Origin: Pseudomonadota bacterium
GTDB lineage: Bacteria > UBA10199 > 2-02-FULL-44-16 > JBDRGF01
Direction of reading: 5' to 3'
Length of the DNA: 10,325 nucleotides
Assembly (NCBI GenBank): GCA_043818055.1
Contig: JBDRGF010000068.1
Location: 1 to 10,325 of the forward strand
The notes under the pieces were generated by a model. That model was not told where the DNA came from, searched no databases, and saw nothing but the letters and a program-made list of their open reading frames with translations. The translations under genes and the position numbers were made by a program. Position 1 is the first letter of the stretch. Each line of letters opens with the position of its first letter. Shown one piece after another: positions 7,711-10,325 of this stretch.

Positions 7711-7752
7711 GTTACCCAACCGGTAGCTGTTTTTCGTGTCCGGTTGGGTAAC
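7711..7752. repeat. Dyad site X' (right copy), 42 bp
   Basis: Perfect 13-bp inverted repeat GTTACCCAACCGG-N16-CCGGTTGGGTAAC. Confidence 0.85.
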
Positions 7753-7795
7753 TATTTATTAGGGCAATAACGAACAAATTTCCAGTCAAACAATT

Positions 7796-7836
7796 GTTAC
7801 ACTACTCAAGCGTAAAAACGCTAAAAGTAGTGTAAC
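7796..7836. repeat. Dyad site Y' (right copy), 41 bp
   Basis: Perfect 10-bp inverted repeat GTTACACTAC-N21-GTAGTGTAAC. Confidence 0.85.
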
Positions 7837-7857
7837 TTTTTGAAAACAAAAAAGCTG

Positions 7858-8001
7858 CCGGCGCTTCCAACCCTGTCATGCGACAGGGCAGGCGGGAGGC
7901 CGGTTCGATGCTCTCACCGGCACTTCAACATTAGAGTGTTCACCTTCGGTGAACGATAGTTTGAAGGTCGTCGAACATGGAGCCTTACGGCTCCTTTCGA
8001 C
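7858..8001. repeat. Cluster of short GC-rich REP-like hairpins
   Basis: CCCTGTC/GACAGGG (7871-7888), GCCGGT/ACCGGC (7899-7921), GTTCACC/GGTGAAC (7938-7954) inside CTTCAA/TTGAAG, and GGAGCC/GGCTCC (7979-7994) inside GTCGAA/TTCGAC. Confidence 0.6.
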
Positions 8002-8010
8002 TCAATGAAT

Positions 8011-8054
8011 GCAAAAATAAAAGGGATGCCTTTCAGCACCCCTTTTATTTTTGC
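8011..8054 (-). terminator. Intrinsic, probably bidirectional, terminator directly after tRNA-Glu
   Basis: Perfect 15-bp IR GCAAAAATAAAAGGG/CCCTTTTATTTTTGC plus an inner TGC/GCA stem, giving a T-tract on both strands. Confidence 0.75.
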
Positions 8055-8126
8055 GCTCCCAACGGGAGTCGAACCCGTGTCTTAGCCTTGAGAGGGCTAT
8101 GTCCTAGGCCACTAGACGATGGGAGC
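8054..8126 (-). tRNA. tRNA-Glu (anticodon CTC)
   Basis: GCTCCCATCGTCTAGTGGCCTAGGACATAGCCCTCTCAAGGCTAAGACACGGGTTCGACTCCCGTTGGGAGCG. 7-bp acceptor stem, anticodon stem TAGCC/GGCTA with loop CTCTCAA, T-loop GTTCGACTC. CCA is not encoded (followed by CAA). Confidence 0.97.
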
Positions 8127-8164
8127 ACTGACAGCTTTTAATAAAATTTTTTCAAAAATCATTT

Positions 8165-8350
8165 GAGTCGCCACAGCCATTCGGCGTGGTCTCCTCCTGA
8201 GGCGGACAAGCGCCTCTGGCGGAAACCCGTGTCTTAGCCTTGAGAGGGCTATGTGCCTTAACGCCATCCCGTCATTCGACGGGATTCTCGACGCGACAAA
8301 TAATTTTTCTTTGAAAAATCATGTCGACGTCGGAACTAGACGATGGGAGC
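8165..8350 (-). pseudogene. Interrupted, 3'-truncated duplicate of tRNA-Glu(CTC)
   Basis: 8335-8350 equals 8111-8126 (16/16), 8224-8254 equals 8072-8102 (31/31) and 8165-8170 equals 8066-8071. The blocks are separated by 80-bp and 53-bp palindromic segments; the 3' acceptor strand is absent. Confidence 0.85.
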
Positions 8351-8458
8351 GGCTAGTCTTTAATTTTCAAGCCTCGGTTTCCTATCAGAAAGGATAGAGC
8401 TGTTCAAGATAAAAAGGGGGGATAAAAAGCAGTATGTGGCATGTAGTAAAAATATTCA

Positions 8459-8503
8459 CCCCCATTCGCCCTGTGGGCACCTTCCCCCGTCGATGGGGAA
8501 GGG
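8459..8503. repeat. REP-like double hairpin downstream of the hydrolase gene (possible terminator)
   Basis: CCCCCATTCGCCCTGTGGGCACCTTCCCCCGTCGATGGGGAAGGG with stems GCCC/GGGC and CCTTCCCC/GGGGAAGG; resembles a widespread intergenic repeat type. Confidence 0.6.
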
Positions 8504-8517
8504 CAGAGAGGAAAAAG

Positions 8518-9348
8518 TCATTTTGCTTTTATCTTGTACTCCTTCTTTATCTTCTTCAACGCCGGGAGTTGTTCTCGGAAGGTATCCAACTCGTTGAGAT
8601 CGATATCGCACATGAGCAGTTGGTCGCCATCCTCGTTTCCATCTACGAGGATCTTGCCCATCGGATCAACGACCCTCGAATGTCCGAAGAATTTTACCCC
8701 CTCGATATTTTTTCCGCTCTGGTTGATGGCTACGATGAATATCTGGTTTTCTATCGCGCGCACCTTGGTCAGCGAATGCCAGTGGTGCTGTCCTGTGAAT
8801 TTTGTGAAGGCGGATGGGACGAAGATGATCTTTGCGCCGTCAAAGGTCATCGCCCTGAAGATCTCCGGATAGCGTAAATCGTTGCAGATGGCAAAACCGA
8901 CCTTTCCAAAATCGGTTTCGCATGTTGTGACATGCTCTCCCGCCTGCATAAATTTCGATTCCAAAAAGCTGATCTTTTCCGGGACAGCGAGATCGAAGAG
9001 GTGCATCTTTGAATATTCTGAAAGAATCTTTCCCTCCGGCGAAATAAAAAAACAGGTATTTTTGGGAAGTCCCTCTTCTTGTCTTATTAACACAGAACCA
9101 GCTACGATATAAACCTTATGTTTCTTTGCCGCCTCCTTCATCGATCCGATAGTCGGGCCATTTTCCTCCTCAGCTATTTCATCCGGCGAGTCGAAAGAAC
9201 CCATATAGTTGAAAAGCTCCGGCAGCGCTAAAACTGAAGCCCCATCCTTCGCACCCTTTTCGATGAGCGCCAACGCCTTGTCGATATTTTTAACTTTATC
9301 CGGTCCGACATCGAGCTGGACGACCCCAACCCTTATTTTTTTCTTCAT
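8518..9348 (-). CDS. Carbon-nitrogen hydrolase family protein (nitrilase superfamily, Nit1/Nit2-like)
   Basis: 276 aa. Glu-Lys-Cys triad in LPELF, YSKMHLFD and ICNDLRYPE; also PSAF, RAIENQ and GHSRVVDPMG. Confidence 0.93.
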   Translation of the reverse strand: MKKKIRVGVVQLDVGPDKVKNIDKALALIEKGAKDGASVLALPELFNYMGSFDSPDEIAEEENGPTIGSMKEAAKKHKVYIVAGSVLIRQEEGLPKNTCFFISPEGKILSEYSKMHLFDLAVPEKISFLESKFMQAGEHVTTCETDFGKVGFAICNDLRYPEIFRAMTFDGAKIIFVPSAFTKFTGQHHWHSLTKVRAIENQIFIVAINQSGKNIEGVKFFGHSRVVDPMGKILVDGNEDGDQLLMCDIDLNELDTFREQLPALKKIKKEYKIKAK

Positions 9349-9476
9349 GGCGTGAATATATCACGAAGAGAGTCCGTAGTGGATATAAATTTTATCGCAA
9401 AAATTCCCTTGAACGTTGACTTTTTGCGACACTTAATGCTTTCTTTCCGGACCAACCATTTTTGGGGGATTAATAT

Positions 9477-10325
9477 ATGAAAGAGGATCTTTTTAGAGGG
9501 GAGAAGGAGTTCACACTTGATCAGGCTGTTTCGGAAGCGAACCGATGCCTTCTTTGTTACGACCCGCCCTGCTCGAAGGGATGTCCGGCCGGCACCGATC
9601 CGGGAAGGTTTATTCGAAAACTCCGCTTAAGAAATATCACCGGCGCGATTCGCACGATCAAACAAAATAACATACTTGGTGGAAGCTGTGCAGGATTGTG
9701 TCCGACGCACAAGCTCTGTGAGAAGGAGTGCAGCGCGACCAAATTGGATCGGCCGATTCAGATCGGAAAAATACAGAGATTTCTCATCGATTATGCCGAC
9801 AAGATCGGTTTCGAAGCCTTTGATAAGCCGAAATCACAAAGGGATAAGGTTGCAGTTGTCGGCGCTGGCCCGGCGGGACTCTCATGTGCTGCGACACTAG
9901 CAAAAGAGGGGATTCATGTGACGCTCTTCGAAAAGAGGGCGAAGGTCGGTGGCGTTTTGAGATACGGGGTTCCTGCTTACAGACTCGAGGAATCGTTGCT
10001 CGATAGGGATCTTAAAGATTTAGAAAAACTTGGTGTGTCGCTCAAAACCTCATCTTCGATCTCTGGAAAGAACGGAGCCGAGCAGCTCTTGAGCGATGGT
10101 TATAAAGCGGTATTTTTGGCTACAGGTTTGGTGGAGCCGGTGAGGCTGATACAGAATTCAGCAGAAGGCGTTTTCACATGGACTGATTTTTTGAGCAAAT
10201 TGAAAGATGGCAGATCCGGTGAAGTGATTCCCTATATAAAGGATAAGGTCGTGGCGGTTATAGGTGGAGGGTCTGTCGCGATCGATTGCGCCGAGTCTGC
10301 TTTGAAATTTGGTGCGAGTGATGTC
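9477..10325 (+). CDS. preT: NAD(P)-dependent dihydropyrimidine dehydrogenase subunit PreT-like (GltD family Fe-S flavoprotein), 3'-partial
   Basis: Not in the ORF track because it runs off the end. GGGGGA RBS then ATG 9477: MKEDLF...EANRCLLCYDPPCSKGCPAGTDPGRFIRK...NNILGGSCAGLCPTHKLCEKEC...VAVVGAGPAGLS...GGVLRYGVPAYRL...VAVIGGGSVAIDCA. The CPAxTDPGxFIR segment matches my recollection of E. coli PreT. Confidence 0.85.
   Translation, partial: MKEDLFRGEKEFTLDQAVSEANRCLLCYDPPCSKGCPAGTDPGRFIRKLRLRNITGAIRTIKQNNILGGSCAGLCPTHKLCEKECSATKLDRPIQIGKIQRFLIDYADKIGFEAFDKPKSQRDKVAVVGAGPAGLSCAATLAKEGIHVTLFEKRAKVGGVLRYGVPAYRLEESLLDRDLKDLEKLGVSLKTSSSISGKNGAEQLLSDGYKAVFLATGLVEPVRLIQNSAEGVFTWTDFLSKLKDGRSGEVIPYIKDKVVAVIGGGSVAIDCAESALKFGASDV

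Larger units (their letters stand above)
148..7836. mobile_element. Putative tRNA-Glu-adjacent genomic island or island remnant bounded by repeated dyad modules
   Basis: Abuts the 3' side of tRNA-Glu, has mosaic base composition, hypothetical cargo and an HTH remnant, with homologous X-Y modules at both ends. No integrase and no tRNA 3'-end duplication seen in the window. Confidence 0.45.

Noticed and set aside
8165..8350. Second tRNA copy as a group I/II intron-containing tRNA or a standard attL/attR fragment
   Set aside because: The 53- and 80-nt inserts are too short for self-splicing introns and the 3' acceptor strand is missing. Att remnants normally duplicate the 3' part on the far side of the island.
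9405..9445. Sigma70 promoter for preT (TTGAAC or TTGACT candidates)
   Set aside because: No convincing -10 hexamer at 16-18 bp spacing.
8434..9900. ORFs 8434-8877, 8534-8872, 8882-9112, 9557-9742 and 9676-9900
   Set aside because: Shadows of the carbon-nitrogen hydrolase and the PreT-like gene.

Overview
Bacterial window with an accessory region (about 1-7840) next to the 3' end of a minus-strand tRNA-Glu(CTC), followed by metabolic genes: a Nit-type carbon-nitrogen hydrolase and, divergently, a PreT-like dihydropyrimidine dehydrogenase subunit that runs off the window end and is absent from the ORF track. The accessory region encodes an AAA_14/DUF4143 ATPase bracketed by 47-bp direct repeats, two coupled TPM-domain genes, three minus-strand membrane-associated hypothetical proteins (one with a degenerate K-channel-like pore, one OB-fold-like) and an internally deleted XRE-HTH remnant. 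The most unusual structure is non-coding. A module of two 41-42 bp dyad sites (half-site consensus GTTACHCWAC, 21-22 bp spacer) occurs in direct orientation at both ends of the about 7.3-kb cargo. A second, broken tRNA-Glu copy carries hairpin insertions in its D-loop and T-loop. No recombinase gene is visible, so all mobility claims are inference.
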